From assembly GCA_029256185.1 (NCBI GenBank), contig JAQSYI010000003.1, positions 202,409 through 266,408 of the forward strand: a stretch of 64,000 bases of DNA, written 5' to 3'. The notes beneath the pieces were generated by a model. The model saw only the letters and a list, made by a program, of their open reading frames with translations, did no database searches and had not been told where the DNA came from. Position numbers and translations under genes: made by a program. Below, piece after piece: positions 46,501-57,401 of this stretch (position 1 is its first letter; each line of letters begins with the position of its first letter). The DNA comes from Paenibacillaceae bacterium (GTDB lineage: Bacteria; Bacillota; Bacilli; Paenibacillales; NBRC-103111).

Positions 46501-49500
46501 CTTCCACTTGACCCCTATTCTTTCTGCAATGGTCTGGGCCAGCTCCTCGTTGCCCACCCGCAGGTCCAGGCCGAACGGGGATTGCTCCCGGACTCCCTCG
46601 GCCGCCGGATGGAGCAGGCCAAAGGCCAGCTCCTTGCTCCCTGAGACAGAGCCGCTGCTGCCGTCGATCACTTCCACCTTCACCTTATAGTAATCGCCCT
46701 GGTCAAGCGCTTGGAGCGGTACAGTCACTCTTTGGGTTGCATTCACAGCCAGACTGAACGGGGCTGTCTGCTCCAGCACCTGCTCGGTTCCCCTGGAATA
46801 GACCGAGAGCCTCACCGTTCCTCCGGCGCTATGGGGATAGCTGTTGCGGATTTCCGCCACAACCGCCGGAGGCTGCTGCCCCTCCTGCAGCACATATAGT
46901 CCTGTAGGGTCGGACAATTCCACGCCATCCACAAGCAGCTTGTTCTGGATAACCGCTTCCCCCGGCAATTCGTAGACGGCCAGATCATCGATGGCATAAG
47001 CCTCATCCGTCCCACCCGTGTCCACCCGCACGGCAAAACGAAGCTCGATATTGCTGATATGCCGCTGTCCGCCATTGGGAATAATCTTGAACCTGAAGGA
47101 GGGGATATCCTCCTCTGTCACCGGCAGCAGAGCGCCATCCCCGCTGCGGTAGGCGGCTGTCTCCATCAGCGGCTGCTCCCCGGTGGGGAAGCGGGGGATC
47201 AGAGCATTGTCGTAATTGCCGAATTGAATGCCCGCCTTGATATCCTTGGGAACCGCCTTGCTGCTGGCGCCGGTGCGGGCCAGCTTGAAGCGGAACACAA
47301 ACTCCACCGGTGTGTCCCCTACCTGGCGGTCATAAATCCGATTAATCCGATTCAGAAGGCTGCCGCTTGTAATCCGGGCCGTAAACAAGCTGCCCAGATT
47401 GGAGCCCAAGGAAGCATCACGCAGCTCCAGCGCTGGATTGCCGTTCATCTCCACAATGGCTTGGGAGCCCCCGGTGTTGGCCTGCTGCAGCGTGAACAAT
47501 CCTGCGCCATCCCCGAAGCCGGGATCGAGCACATCGGCCAGCAGATTCACCGGCTCCTCTTCCTCCGCCTCCTCGATGGTGAGCAGATACGGATAATCCG
47601 TGGCCTGCAGGCGAAGATTCAATGTATTGCCGGTGCTGCTGTTCACCTGGACGGGTACCTCCATATTGTTAATGGGATCATAGACCGTAACTGCCGCCGC
47701 TGTTCCCTTTATACCGGATAACTGCAGCGTGTATTCCTCGGGAGCCAGATTCCGGGTCACATCACGAGTCATTACATAATAAGGAATGACGAATTTGTGG
47801 TCATTGACCTGATAGGGAAGAACAGTGAACAACTCCCGGTTATACAGCGCCGGATGCTCCACCGTGCCGTCTCCGGCAAACTGGTAGTTTCCGTGAGTAT
47901 CTGTAATGGAATCCACCTGCAAGGGGCGGGTGGCTGTCAGCTGCGGATCAAGCCCCTCTTCCATCTTGGATGCCATACGCCCAATGACAGACAGGGCGGG
48001 CGAAGTGTAGGCGGCATCATCCTGAGGGTAGGAGCTGTTGGTGCGGGAGTATTCCAGGAAGCTGTCCGACATAATGCCCAGCCACATGTCTCCTCCGGCA
48101 GCTCCGTACAGATACAGCTTCTCCACTCCTTTATTCAGGAAGAAGGGGTAGTAACGGGACGTTGTCTTCTCCTTCAGCTTCATAGCCTGGGTGTGATCTG
48201 TTATTCCCGTCTCATTGGGCGCGATGCCCACCTCGGTAATCCATACAGGCGTGGGATTACTGGCCCGCGCATAGCGTCCATGCAGCACACGGTTCACCGG
48301 TGCAGTGAACGGCCCCATGTCCCGGACCATGGTTTCTGTCTGGATGGCTGTGGCGAAATACTCAGGAAACAATTCCGTATATGCGGGAACATAGGCATCT
48401 GGCGCCCCCAGAGCATTCAGCTTGGTCCCGGCCGTCTCATTGGCCGGGAAGGTTTTCCTCCCTGAATAGGGATGCTTGTTGATCGCCCTGATCCGGTCAG
48501 GCTCCTGCGAGGAGGCGGGCCAGGGGATGGTATTGGCAAAGCCGTCGGTTATGCTTACTCCCTGGAACAAGTCGGGATGGGAAGCGGCATAATCTGCGCT
48601 GGCGCGCACCAGGTTGGCCCATATGCTCCGCTCGTCATAGGTGTATGGAGCCGGATTGTAATATTTGTTGATATACAGATAGTTGGAGCCGAAGCTCAGC
48701 TCATTCCAGATCTCCAGGTCAAACCCTCTGTCCTGGCCTTGCTCCGTCCCCAGCTCACTGCCCACAAACCTGGCGACCGTGTCCATGTAGCGGGTCCAGC
48801 CCTGCATGGTCTCCAGATATTCGGGGCTGTCGGGCACGGAGAACGGCAGATACTTCAGGGTGGCCAGGGTAACCTGCGCGCCTGCCGCCAGGGCTTGGGG
48901 CAGGGGCTTGGATAACGTCACTGTCTGCTGGTCAACCGAGGTGATCAGCGCTTCGGCCGCCCAATAACCGGTGAGATTGGACAAGCCGCTTTTGCCCGCG
49001 ACCAGGCCGGACGTATTATTAAGCTGAAGCTCACTGGCTCCCACAGCCGCGGACACCGCTACGGTCCGGGTCGTGGACAGCATGGGACCGGGAATCCCCT
49101 GATGGGCGTTAAGCAGGATCAGCGGCCGGATATTCCAAGTCTTGCATGCCTGGAGCATCGCCTGCAGCTTGGCCTTCTGACTGGGCAGCAACCGGGTTTC
49201 ATCCGCATAATCCACGCTGCTCCAGCCGATCTCAATCCGCACCGTACGAATCCCGTTCTTGGCCAGCATGCGCACGATCAGCTCCGGATTTTCCTGGTTC
49301 AGGTTAAGAACCATCCCGATCCCTTCCAGGAACTGTCCGGCCGGCACTGTCTCCAGATAGGCGCGCCAGGGCTGCAGCCAGTGGGAATGGGAGCCGAAGG
49401 GAATGCCGGTGAAATAAGCGGGATCCGTGTAGGAGCCGGCCAGCCCCTGCAATGCGGTGAGCGTCGAGCCTGCGGGAGCGTTGGCTGCCGCGGGCACAGC

Positions 49501-49662
49501 TTGGGAAGCGGCGGCGCCTGCAGCTGTGGCTGTAATATCCTGGATAAATGCTGCTGCGTCCGAAGCGGCAGGCGCAGACGCGGCGGCGATTCCGCCGAAA
49601 GCCTGGGCAAACAATAGCAACGAAACCAGCAGGACCGGCAGAAAGCGTTTACTTATTGTCAT
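43555..49662 (-). CDS. ~2035-aa secreted multimodular protein with two clan GH-A-like catalytic modules, an Ig-like module, a CBM9/DOMON-like module and two C-terminal Ig-like repeats
   Basis: Start re-called at ATG 49662 (signal peptide [28 protein letters not shown]). Module 1: LEIWNEL and VWITEVG. Module 2: WEIWNEPW and MWQTELG. Also [19 protein letters not shown] and two repeats of PVLSxDN..DGxY.(I/V).MNMWWG.NG..Y.LYENG. Confidence 0.8.
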   Translation of the reverse strand: MTISKRFLPVLLVSLLLFAQAFGGIAAASAPAASDAAAFIQDITATAAGAAASQAVPAAANAPAGSTLTALQGLAGSYTDPAYFTGIPFGSHSHWLQPWRAYLETVPAGQFLEGIGMVLNLNQENPELIVRMLAKNGIRTVRIEIGWSSVDYADETRLLPSQKAKLQAMLQACKTWNIRPLILLNAHQGIPGPMLSTTRTVAVSAAVGASELQLNNTSGLVAGKSGLSNLTGYWAAEALITSVDQQTVTLSKPLPQALAAGAQVTLATLKYLPFSVPDSPEYLETMQGWTRYMDTVARFVGSELGTEQGQDRGFDLEIWNELSFGSNYLYINKYYNPAPYTYDERSIWANLVRASADYAASHPDLFQGVSITDGFANTIPWPASSQEPDRIRAINKHPYSGRKTFPANETAGTKLNALGAPDAYVPAYTELFPEYFATAIQTETMVRDMGPFTAPVNRVLHGRYARASNPTPVWITEVGIAPNETGITDHTQAMKLKEKTTSRYYPFFLNKGVEKLYLYGAAGGDMWLGIMSDSFLEYSRTNSSYPQDDAAYTSPALSVIGRMASKMEEGLDPQLTATRPLQVDSITDTHGNYQFAGDGTVEHPALYNRELFTVLPYQVNDHKFVIPYYVMTRDVTRNLAPEEYTLQLSGIKGTAAAVTVYDPINNMEVPVQVNSSTGNTLNLRLQATDYPYLLTIEEAEEEEPVNLLADVLDPGFGDGAGLFTLQQANTGGSQAIVEMNGNPALELRDASLGSNLGSLFTARITSGSLLNRINRIYDRQVGDTPVEFVFRFKLARTGASSKAVPKDIKAGIQFGNYDNALIPRFPTGEQPLMETAAYRSGDGALLPVTEEDIPSFRFKIIPNGGQRHISNIELRFAVRVDTGGTDEAYAIDDLAVYELPGEAVIQNKLLVDGVELSDPTGLYVLQEGQQPPAVVAEIRNSYPHSAGGTVRLSVYSRGTEQVLEQTAPFSLAVNATQRVTVPLQALDQGDYYKVKVEVIDGSSGSVSGSKELAFGLLHPAAEGVREQSPFGLDLRVGNEELAQTIAERIGVKWKRAIDKVDPTIVNPEPGKYWTDAQIQAARQEVLDWQEHGVSSLGYINYNMAWNVMPVPGMPNLSRHQNRPLDLAAQAEMVYHTIAPLQDLVKNWEIWNEPWIHGWTWKTGEAQDYREMAKLIWERVKPEYPDVMLIGGGSAMYNRDILYAKGSPDTGYVDGSVNHAYGLPDPEKFAMISLQKIMDETESKGQGKGGMWQTELGTAEPYDFAHFPAEERPYGVARTIAPIYLLNMLAAGETPLHVFWFSLSADLTYSGDAFNLYDTASRAPKPGVIAYSAMTHFLEDSKLLEELYPVEKSTWGFLFQRQDGQATAALYAEEPYNGTVKLENAAGIKIYDYLGRLVSDGSAEQAVLQLKPWETFYLVSSLSPAELKERLRTARFDYTEPVSVSPLSLLKPVTAADAALEFEVENVTPETIDGRLAVQAPEGWQLAGTVMEVRQLQPGEKRRLIFPASETAVNEWNRYPVRYIFERLNAAGQTVSAFSGQQTVQVAYAPKKTIRMDEHTAEDWSSVLPVTMVSNGSVDYLELIMDPSKIGDILENPQQSDNVVYTVKTAWDEDNFYFRAVVPDEMQLSNKPFAEDPYAFPFNADSVQLAFDVLTNNPDDLLLGRSHYAKATSANMDYLFIGTMAQGEIPELHRQAAPGTNKQTYYPTNADLPAPLGPIDATASTGSEGRIKVSRDDAGKTTVYDIALSWNTVPELKNSLLGLEAGQVHESSFAFAIQDAGTGGKGTSYWTREAGQVESGSYAFAPFWGTGSKARGGSFIPRWGFMNESAGQAAPDSEGAPGKPVLSDDNGVDHGLQDGDYNISMNMWWGNNGSEYKLYENGQLIDSRQLTAHTPQAQFAQTHIRGRNNGVYRYYAELTNESGTTRSEEWSVNVTDAAPAQPVLSQDNWDGDGSYTVTMNMWWGTNGATYRLYENGVLVDTQTLAELTPQAQAAATTITGKPPGSYEYRAELENAAGVTVSEAVIVQVTQSSMSQE

Positions 49663-49704
49663 AGAGTGAACTCCCTCTTCCCTTTTTGAAATAAATGCCA
49701 TTCA

Positions 49705-51522
49705 TCATAACGGTTCATCCCCGCCCGCAAGCAGACGCACCTCCACCAATGTTCCTTCGCCTGCCGCTGATGTATAATAAAGTCCGCAGTCCATTCCATA
49801 TTTCAGCTGCAAGCGCCCATTGACATTCTTGATCCCGTAGGAAGCGGTCAGCTCAGCAGAGCGCCCGCTGCGAAACAGGTCCTTGATCGCCTTCAGGCGT
49901 TCCGCCGGAATGCCTTTGCCGTTGTCGGAAACCGTCAGCACAACAACATCCCCCTCCATTCTGCCATTGATTTCGATATGTCCCTTGTTCGACATTTGCA
50001 GAATGCCGTGATGAAGCGCATTTTCCACCAGCGGCTGCAGGATCAGCTTCGGACACGTGAGCGCATGCAGGCTGTCCGGGACGGCAATTTCATAGGTAAA
50101 CCGGTCTCCATGGCGGATGCGCTCGATTGCCAGATAATGCTCAGCATGCTCAAGCTCCGCCTGCAGGGGAACCACATCCATCCCGCTGGACAGACTCAAC
50201 CGATAATATTTGCCAAGCTTGGAGATAATCTCGGTTATTTCCTCATAATCCCCGTCTTCTGCCAGCCAAATCACGGATTCCAGCGTGTTATAGAGGAAGT
50301 GCGGATTAATATTGGCCTGGAGCGCCCGCAGCTCCGCCTCCTTCTCCTTCTTGTGGCTCTCCTTCAACTGCATCAGCAGCTCGCTGATCCGGGACAGCAT
50401 GGCGTTGAAGGCATGGCTCAGCATCCCGATCTCATCCCGATTCTGCACCTCCGCCTTCACATCCAGATTGCCGGCCTTCACATCCTTCATCACCCCCGTC
50501 AGCCGCCTGATCGGCTTGGTTATGGAATACGATAATCCCCAGGTGACTCCAATGGACAGGAGAAGGATGATCACAATAAAATACCAGATTCCTTGAATGA
50601 TCCGCTCCTTGTCACGCAGCATCTCATTTACCGGCACAGCGCCGATAGTAATCCAATCCACTCCGCTTAACTCGTGAAATACGAAGAGATGAGAGCTTCC
50701 CCGGAATTCCGCAGCGAAGCTGCCCTCCCGCAGCTTTGCTGCAAGCGCCAAGGGCTCGGCATCCCCCCCTTCGTCATCCTGCAGCACGCCCGTGCCGGAT
50801 ATCATCCGATTGGCTTTATCCAGAACATAGAAGACCGTGCTGGCAGGTGTATTTATATTTTGGAAAAAATGCGAGATCTCCCGCTCACTTATGTTTATAA
50901 TCATCGTCGCCACATAGTTGATATTGGGGTCGTAGATATCTCTTACCAGCTTGATGAGGATTTCGCCGGCATGATTCTTGCTGGCATAATCCATGGAGTG
51001 GGCGGGCTCCCACATGACACCCCGGGTAAATTGTTCATCCCCATAGGAGTAATAATGCGCAATGGCGGCATCCACACCCGCCGCAAAATAGTCAAAATCC
51101 GCAGAGGGAATAAACAGCCGCTTCTGCTTGTTAACCAGCATAATGGAGACGATTCCCGGATCGGACAAAACGAACTTGTTGATCGCCGGATTGACCGTAT
51201 TCACTAAGTAGAACTCGTCGGGTGAAGCTTCAGCGGACATGCCCTCAAACAGCTTGATTATATTGGGATCGTTGAATACCAGATTGGAGGTATTCATAAT
51301 GGCGTTAATCCGCACATCGATCAGCTTGTTCGTCTGCTCCAGAATGTTGCTCATATTTTCCCTGGCCCGTTTCTCCAAGGAGTCGGAGAATACGCTCATC
51401 ATCCATTGCGCCGATATGAGCAGCGTCGTGACCATCACTGCTGCAGTCATCATAAAAATCCGGTAATAAATGCTGGTTCCCTTCAACAGAGGCAGGAAGC
51501 GCAAGCGACCCCATCGTTTCAT
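49705..51522 (-). CDS. YesM-family sensor histidine kinase
   Basis: LQANINPHFLYNTLE, ILQPLVENALHHG, DNGKGI and YGIKNVNGRL. Confidence 0.94.
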   Translation of the reverse strand: MKRWGRLRFLPLLKGTSIYYRIFMMTAAVMVTTLLISAQWMMSVFSDSLEKRARENMSNILEQTNKLIDVRINAIMNTSNLVFNDPNIIKLFEGMSAEASPDEFYLVNTVNPAINKFVLSDPGIVSIMLVNKQKRLFIPSADFDYFAAGVDAAIAHYYSYGDEQFTRGVMWEPAHSMDYASKNHAGEILIKLVRDIYDPNINYVATMIINISEREISHFFQNINTPASTVFYVLDKANRMISGTGVLQDDEGGDAEPLALAAKLREGSFAAEFRGSSHLFVFHELSGVDWITIGAVPVNEMLRDKERIIQGIWYFIVIILLLSIGVTWGLSYSITKPIRRLTGVMKDVKAGNLDVKAEVQNRDEIGMLSHAFNAMLSRISELLMQLKESHKKEKEAELRALQANINPHFLYNTLESVIWLAEDGDYEEITEIISKLGKYYRLSLSSGMDVVPLQAELEHAEHYLAIERIRHGDRFTYEIAVPDSLHALTCPKLILQPLVENALHHGILQMSNKGHIEINGRMEGDVVVLTVSDNGKGIPAERLKAIKDLFRSGRSAELTASYGIKNVNGRLQLKYGMDCGLYYTSAAGEGTLVEVRLLAGGDEPL

Positions 51523-51528
51523 GGCTCC

Positions 51529-53154
51529 CTACACCTGCTCTCTGAACTCGGTGGGATTCATACCGGTATGCTTCTTGAACAGCGTGCTGAAATAGAAGGG
51601 GTCCTTCACACCCACGGCAAATGCGACCTCTGAAACCCGCAGCGCAGTTCCGCTCAGATACTCCTTGGCCTTCTCCATGCGCACTTTCATGAGATATTCG
51701 GTAAAGGTGCTGCCGGTTTCCTGTCTGAATAATCTGCTGAAATAGGTGGGATGGACCTGCAGCTCTGCGCTTAGCACATTAATAGAAATATTCTCCATTT
51801 GATAGTGCTCATGGATGAAGGCGGCAGCAATTTCAATCAGCTTATTCTTCCTGCCGCCACGGCTGTCCAGAATATAGCGGGATATATCCGACAGCAGTGT
51901 CATCAGTCCCTGCTCTGCCTCATCCATGGTCTTGTATTGGGCGATTGCCTCGTATGGATTATAGTCCTTGCCGTACATATCCTTTAGCCGCAGGGCCGTT
52001 TGCAGGGATTGGGTGATGATGCGGGCGGTGCATTCCGTCACATAAAGCCGCATGTCGGTGATACTGAGTCCCCTTGCTTGCCGCAGCCGTTCGAAGAAAG
52101 CGTTGAGGGACTGCTTCAGCTCCGCCACTGCTCCGGAGCGGATCGCCGCTATGATCCTGTCCGGATATTCATCAGGAAATCCGGACCAGACCTGGCTTGG
52201 ATGGAGATGAATCAGGTCTACAGGAATAACCGCGTTCCTGCCGATCAGAAACCGGTATTCAATCGCCTCCCTCGCCTCCTTGTAGGATTCCGGGACGCCT
52301 GCATACCCGCTTTTCACCCCTCCCACTCCGATGCTTACCGTTACACGGCAGGCCTCCAGAATCCTCTGCCTGAGCTGATCGATACTATCGAATACCGTTT
52401 CGTCTGCGGCATGCTCCTCTGCATGCTGCAGAATCACCACAATTTGGTCATGCTCGCTGTGGAAGGACACTCCTTTGGAGGAATCGCTTACATAACGCTC
52501 CACCTCTCGCTCAATCAGTACAGACAAGAGTCCCTTGCCTACAGCAGGCTCCATCTTGCCGCCAAAGAGACTTTCCTCCGGTTGATCCGGCTCGATAATC
52601 AGTACGCAATAGCGTTCTCCGTCAAGAGGCAGCTGGAGCATCTGCAGCTTGGCAGGAACATCCCCCGCCGCCATGCGCCCGGACACCCATAGATTCAGGT
52701 AGCGCTCCCGCAGAAGAGGGAAGCTTGTTTCCAGAATGCTCATGGCCGCCTGAAGACGTCGCTCCTCCTGACGCATGGCCTCCGCCTCGTCCCTGGCCTG
52801 AAGAATGGCCTCCTCCAGCTCCCTTTTCGTGAAGGGCTTCAGCACATATTTCATCACCGACAGCTCCATGGCGCGCTTGGCGAACCGGAACTCCTCATAG
52901 CCCGACAGGAAGACGATCTTAATATGGGGATACAGCCTTCGTGCTTCCTCTGCCAGCTGAATCCCGTTCATCAGCGGCATATGAATATCCGTGATCAGGA
53001 TATCGGCGTAATCCCTGCGCAGCATCTCCAAGGCCTCAAGACCGTTCTCGGCCGAGCCTGCAAAGTCAAGCCGGAGGGACGGCCAATCCATCTTACCGGC
53101 AATTTTTTCCCGGATTATCCTTTCGTCATCAACCAGCAGCACTCGCATATTCAT
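51529..53154 (-). CDS. YesN-family response regulator
   Basis: VLLVDDE, ITDIHMP, YVLKP, VHPTYFSRLFRQETG and DPFYFSTLFKK. Confidence 0.95.
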   Translation of the reverse strand: MNMRVLLVDDERIIREKIAGKMDWPSLRLDFAGSAENGLEALEMLRRDYADILITDIHMPLMNGIQLAEEARRLYPHIKIVFLSGYEEFRFAKRAMELSVMKYVLKPFTKRELEEAILQARDEAEAMRQEERRLQAAMSILETSFPLLRERYLNLWVSGRMAAGDVPAKLQMLQLPLDGERYCVLIIEPDQPEESLFGGKMEPAVGKGLLSVLIEREVERYVSDSSKGVSFHSEHDQIVVILQHAEEHAADETVFDSIDQLRQRILEACRVTVSIGVGGVKSGYAGVPESYKEAREAIEYRFLIGRNAVIPVDLIHLHPSQVWSGFPDEYPDRIIAAIRSGAVAELKQSLNAFFERLRQARGLSITDMRLYVTECTARIITQSLQTALRLKDMYGKDYNPYEAIAQYKTMDEAEQGLMTLLSDISRYILDSRGGRKNKLIEIAAAFIHEHYQMENISINVLSAELQVHPTYFSRLFRQETGSTFTEYLMKVRMEKAKEYLSGTALRVSEVAFAVGVKDPFYFSTLFKKHTGMNPTEFREQV

Positions 53155-53185
53155 CAGGCGTCCCCCTTTTCGTTCTTACAACATT

Positions 53186-56100
53186 TTACTGTAAAAAGGG
53201 TGAGCCGTCAGCCATAATATTGGAAATTATTCTTGTCCCTCCCCTGCTCCGGTCTGTCAACAAGATCCCTCCGCCGGCTGCAGAACGAAGCTCACAATCA
53301 AAGCCCCGGCCTTGAAGCCGCCAGCCCTCCGGGCTCTTGCACACCGTCGGTCCAGGCTGCCCATCCGGTCCGTCCGCCGTCAGCAGCATGGCGAACAGCG
53401 GCTCCCCGCCCTCCGATGAACAGCGGATCTCGATTGTCCCCTGTCCGGACCGCTCCCCCTTGCTGCCCTTGGCCGGATAATCCGTACCCATGACCCTGAG
53501 CGGTCCGGGAGCCAGGATAGCCTGCAGACGCAGCCTGCAATCCTTCCCGTAGTCAGCCCGGACCTCTTGGTCCGTCCGCTCAATTGCGGTCTCCGCAAGG
53601 TGATATCTGACAGTCTGGGACAGCGGATCGGAGGCGGAATCTATAATAAGATAGGCTGCGGGAGCCAGCTGCACCACGGTGCGGTGATGGCATACGGCCG
53701 ATGGCATGGGAGCATACAAGGCATGCGCGGAGGTATGCATGATCACAGGAATGCAGGCGGTGGCGTAAGGAAACGGCCCCTGCACGTCATGGGATATTAG
53801 CCAGCCCCGGTTAAAGCTCCACAGATAATCAAGCGGCTCGTATCGGTCAAGCGTCCAGCGGCTGTGGCCGTCTGAAGTGAACTTCCTGCGCCCGGACTCC
53901 TGATCGTGGCCGAAAGCCGCATCTGCAATCAGGGATTTGCCTCTGGCAAAAAACTGGATGCTCCCATCGTCATTATGGTGATGGGCCCAGGCTCCTCCGC
54001 TGCGAAGGGCGAGCAGACATTCCTGACCATCCTCATCCACGTCCCGAAACATGAAGCCCAATCCCTGCACGTACTCATTGACCGGCTCACAGGCGATGGG
54101 CTGGACTGACGTTGGCGCCGGCGCTGCCGCAGCTGGCAGGTCAGCCCTATACGAGAGCCCATCCCCGTCCCGGGAAGCCGCAGTCGCCGGCGCATTGGGG
54201 GAGGGATCGCCGCCCATCTCCCGGTGCAGCCAGAGCAATCGGCCGGCCAGCTCCGGGTAATGGGGCTCCATCGCCTGCCCATAAGCGGCATAGAGGTACC
54301 TGTAGGTGTCCGGGTCGGCAAAATGGTCGCCAAAGGCAATCAGATGTCTTCTCCCGTGCATATGACCGGTTCGCGGAGTACGCATCTTCAAGGCAGCTCC
54401 TGCCAGTTTGGCCAACGCCGGATTGGCGAATTCGTCATCCACTCCATCCGCCCTCCGGCGAAGGAGCGTAGGCAGCACAGTATGCAGCACATGCTGGTAA
54501 TACGTATGGCTCTCCTCCCACAGACCGCTGTCCGGGTACATATGAAGCTCCAGCTGGCGGTGCCACATGCGGATAAACCATTCCTGCCACTGTCTTGCCT
54601 CCGGATGTTGGCTGAACACCTGAGCCGCCATTCCCGCAATATTGAACGCATCCGTGTAGAAGTTTTGGTTGCACATGCCGCCGTAAGCAAGACTGAGGGA
54701 ATCCGGGTTATCCGCCGGCAGCATGGACGCTTCTCCCGGATAGTAGTGAGGGGAAGCGGCCAGATGCACCAGAAAGCTGCAATGCGCTCTGATGAGGAGA
54801 AGCTGCTTCTCCGTCAGCAGATGTTGCTCCGCCAGCCATTCCAGGTAAAGCAGATTGGGGGCCGTTTCCCTGCTTACCACATAATTCGTATAGGCGCTGC
54901 CTGAGCCCTCCCAGAAGCCGTATATCCGCGCCTCCAGATAATCCGTGAGACAGCGGATGCGCTGCTGCTCCGAAGGGTTGGCCAGCCCGTTCTTCACGGC
55001 AAGGAGCAGATGCTTGTCGAGGACGAAGTGAGGGTAGCGAAAAGACGGCATCTCTCCCGCTTCAGCCCCGCCCTGCCGCTCCTGAGGCCAGTCAAACACC
55101 ATGCGGCACATATTTTGCAGCGGCATCAATCCGAACTGGGTATGCAGCTTGCGCAGCAGGACCTGCTGCCGCCTGTAGCGGCTGCGGTCCGGCCGGTACT
55201 CGAAATGGCCCAGAGCGGCGTCTTCGTCCGCCTGAAGCTGCCGGACTTGCCGAGCCTCGCGGAATTCCCGGACCTCCTGCGGCCTCCGTCCGTCCCCGCT
55301 TCCCTGAAGTCCCTCGGCTGCTCCGAATTTCCCGCCTCCTCCCGGCGGCAGCATCTTCGGCCAGTCTGCGGCAGCAAGGCCGTAGCTTCGCTCCCCTCCG
55401 CCGATCCAGCCCTCCACGCACAGATGCGGCTCGCACACCTGCCGCCCCCGCATCGGGATGCTCTCCGGCCCCGGCCTCCCATCAGCCTTCACTTCCGGCG
55501 GCACCTCCCTGCGGCTCCCCCTGTCACCCTGCGGCCACCTGCGGGTCCAAAGCTCCAGTTGATTCAGACGCGCCCCTCGCCAGCCTCCGCCCTCCAGGGC
55601 GAAGAAGCCGGCGCAATCGCCCTCCTGGAACCGGATTGCATAGCCATCCCGCAGATCGAACAGCTGAGAGTTTTGGGTCCAGCCCGCCAGGCGGGCATGT
55701 CGCTGGTCGAATTGCCGCTGCGGCCGGATCATCGTATATCCGGCTGTAGCATCCAGCATATGAAGCGACTGCGGGAACTCCGTGGGTCCGAAATCCCAAA
55801 CCAGTTGATCCCCTGGCGATGCGCTGAAGCGCTCCTTGATGCGGGCAAACGGCAGTCCCGCGTCCACGATCACATCTGCCTCATAGTAGCCGTCTGCGCC
55901 GATAAGAGCCTGGTAGCGGTAATGAATTCTCAGCGGCCCCTTTTCCAGAAGGGCGCCGGAGGTATGTCTGACAGGCTGGCGTGTATCGAAGAAGGTGCCG
56001 CCCCGCCAGCTCCCCTGAGCCGCCTTGAAGCGGAGCACCGGTCCGGGAACCGCCAGCTCCATATGCTCTCTGCAGCCCTCTGCGTATTGCCGCTGCTGCT

Positions 56101-56500
56101 GCGAGACCTGGATGCTCATAAGCCCGTTGGACAGCGTCTGCGTTTTGCCGGCCTCTTCAACAGTGCATTCCCCCGCGATTGCGCTTGGCGCCTTCCCTTC
56201 GTCAGCCTGCACCGGTGCCCCATTGGCCGCCTCGCTCTGCCTCCCGGTATCATCGGCAGTCAGGCTGAGCCGTTGGAAGGGCTCCAGCTTAACCAGCAGG
56301 AAGCCGGTGCCCGGCTTAGAGCGGGAGGACTGAAGGGGAAACTCCCCGCCCGCGCATCGGTCCTTCAGCAGCATTTGCTCCGGTGAATCCGGCGGTATTG
56401 GAACCTCAATCACTTGTATATCATGGGCCAAGCCGCAGGATTCCGTTATTTCTATAAGATAAGGGTTCATCTGAACGTGAAGCATGCTTTTAGCTATCAT
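53186..56500 (-). CDS. Large cytoplasmic protein with C-terminal heparinase II/III-like fold (putative oligosaccharide lyase)
   Basis: GLWEESHTYYQH, IAFGDH, and ALRSGGAWAHHHNDDGSIQFFARG.SLIAD. No signal peptide. Family assignment is by motif resemblance only. Confidence 0.6.
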   Translation of the reverse strand: MIAKSMLHVQMNPYLIEITESCGLAHDIQVIEVPIPPDSPEQMLLKDRCAGGEFPLQSSRSKPGTGFLLVKLEPFQRLSLTADDTGRQSEAANGAPVQADEGKAPSAIAGECTVEEAGKTQTLSNGLMSIQVSQQQRQYAEGCREHMELAVPGPVLRFKAAQGSWRGGTFFDTRQPVRHTSGALLEKGPLRIHYRYQALIGADGYYEADVIVDAGLPFARIKERFSASPGDQLVWDFGPTEFPQSLHMLDATAGYTMIRPQRQFDQRHARLAGWTQNSQLFDLRDGYAIRFQEGDCAGFFALEGGGWRGARLNQLELWTRRWPQGDRGSRREVPPEVKADGRPGPESIPMRGRQVCEPHLCVEGWIGGGERSYGLAAADWPKMLPPGGGGKFGAAEGLQGSGDGRRPQEVREFREARQVRQLQADEDAALGHFEYRPDRSRYRRQQVLLRKLHTQFGLMPLQNMCRMVFDWPQERQGGAEAGEMPSFRYPHFVLDKHLLLAVKNGLANPSEQQRIRCLTDYLEARIYGFWEGSGSAYTNYVVSRETAPNLLYLEWLAEQHLLTEKQLLLIRAHCSFLVHLAASPHYYPGEASMLPADNPDSLSLAYGGMCNQNFYTDAFNIAGMAAQVFSQHPEARQWQEWFIRMWHRQLELHMYPDSGLWEESHTYYQHVLHTVLPTLLRRRADGVDDEFANPALAKLAGAALKMRTPRTGHMHGRRHLIAFGDHFADPDTYRYLYAAYGQAMEPHYPELAGRLLWLHREMGGDPSPNAPATAASRDGDGLSYRADLPAAAAPAPTSVQPIACEPVNEYVQGLGFMFRDVDEDGQECLLALRSGGAWAHHHNDDGSIQFFARGKSLIADAAFGHDQESGRRKFTSDGHSRWTLDRYEPLDYLWSFNRGWLISHDVQGPFPYATACIPVIMHTSAHALYAPMPSAVCHHRTVVQLAPAAYLIIDSASDPLSQTVRYHLAETAIERTDQEVRADYGKDCRLRLQAILAPGPLRVMGTDYPAKGSKGERSGQGTIEIRCSSEGGEPLFAMLLTADGPDGQPGPTVCKSPEGWRLQGRGFDCELRSAAGGGILLTDRSRGGTRIISNIMADGSPFLQ

Positions 56501-56515
56501 AGTGGGCTTCTACTC

Positions 56516-57397
56516 CTACTTTTCCGCCGCCGATATGACGAAATCCTGCATCAGGAAGCGTTGCGATACGAAGTACAGGATAACCGGAATCAATGCCATG
56601 AACAAGGCGACACACATGATATACGACCACTGCACGTAGAACACCCGGTTAAAGGTGGACAGCGCGACCGACAGCGTCCGGGTAGCCGCATCGTTGCCTA
56701 CATACATGAGCGGGCCGAAGAACTCGGACCAGTGCCCGTTCACCTGCTGGATAATCACCATAATCAGCGGCGCCTTGATATTGGGCAGCACGATCCGCCA
56801 CAGGATGGTCAGAGCGCCCGCCCCGTCCATTTTGGCCGATTCGAACAAGCTGATGCTTAAGGTGAGCATAAACTGCCGCAGCAGGAAGATGGTGCCGGGG
56901 CCTCCTCCCAATGCCGGAATCAGCAAGGGAAGGTATGTCCCCGTCCAGCCCCAATCGGCGAACATGACATAATTGGGGATGAACATCACCGTGCTGGGGA
57001 TCATCATGGTGGCCAGCAGGAAGAAGAACAGCTTGTTCCGGTAAGGAAACCGGAAGAAGGAGAAGCCGTAAGCGATCAGCAAGGAAGATACAATAAAGAA
57101 GATGGTGCCGAATACGGTATAGAACACCGTATTCTTCAAGGCGGACAAAAACTGAAAATCCTGCTGGGAAAAGGCCTGCTCAAAGTTGGTCCACAGAAAT
57201 TGCCGGAACCATTGGCCTCCAAGCGTGTACGTATCACTTTGCAGCGCAGCGCTGACCATCCATAGAAAGGGAACCATAAAGACAAACGAGCATCCGGCAA
57301 TCAACACATAAATGACGGTCATTTCCAGTATGCTGCGCCTGTTCTTCCGCTTGCGTCCAATGGAAAACGCCGTTTGCACCCTGCCAGCTGTTTCCAT
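56516..57397 (-). CDS. Carbohydrate ABC permease (MalG-type)
   Basis: AYGFSFFRFPYRN, FLLRQF and EAA motif LFESAKMDGAG. Start at 57397 (RBS GAAAGGA) or 57418. Confidence 0.92.
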   Translation of the reverse strand: METAGRVQTAFSIGRKRKNRRSILEMTVIYVLIAGCSFVFMVPFLWMVSAALQSDTYTLGGQWFRQFLWTNFEQAFSQQDFQFLSALKNTVFYTVFGTIFFIVSSLLIAYGFSFFRFPYRNKLFFFLLATMMIPSTVMFIPNYVMFADWGWTGTYLPLLIPALGGGPGTIFLLRQFMLTLSISLFESAKMDGAGALTILWRIVLPNIKAPLIMVIIQQVNGHWSEFFGPLMYVGNDAATRTLSVALSTFNRVFYVQWSYIMCVALFMALIPVILYFVSQRFLMQDFVISAAEK

Positions 57398-57401
57398 AGG
57401 G

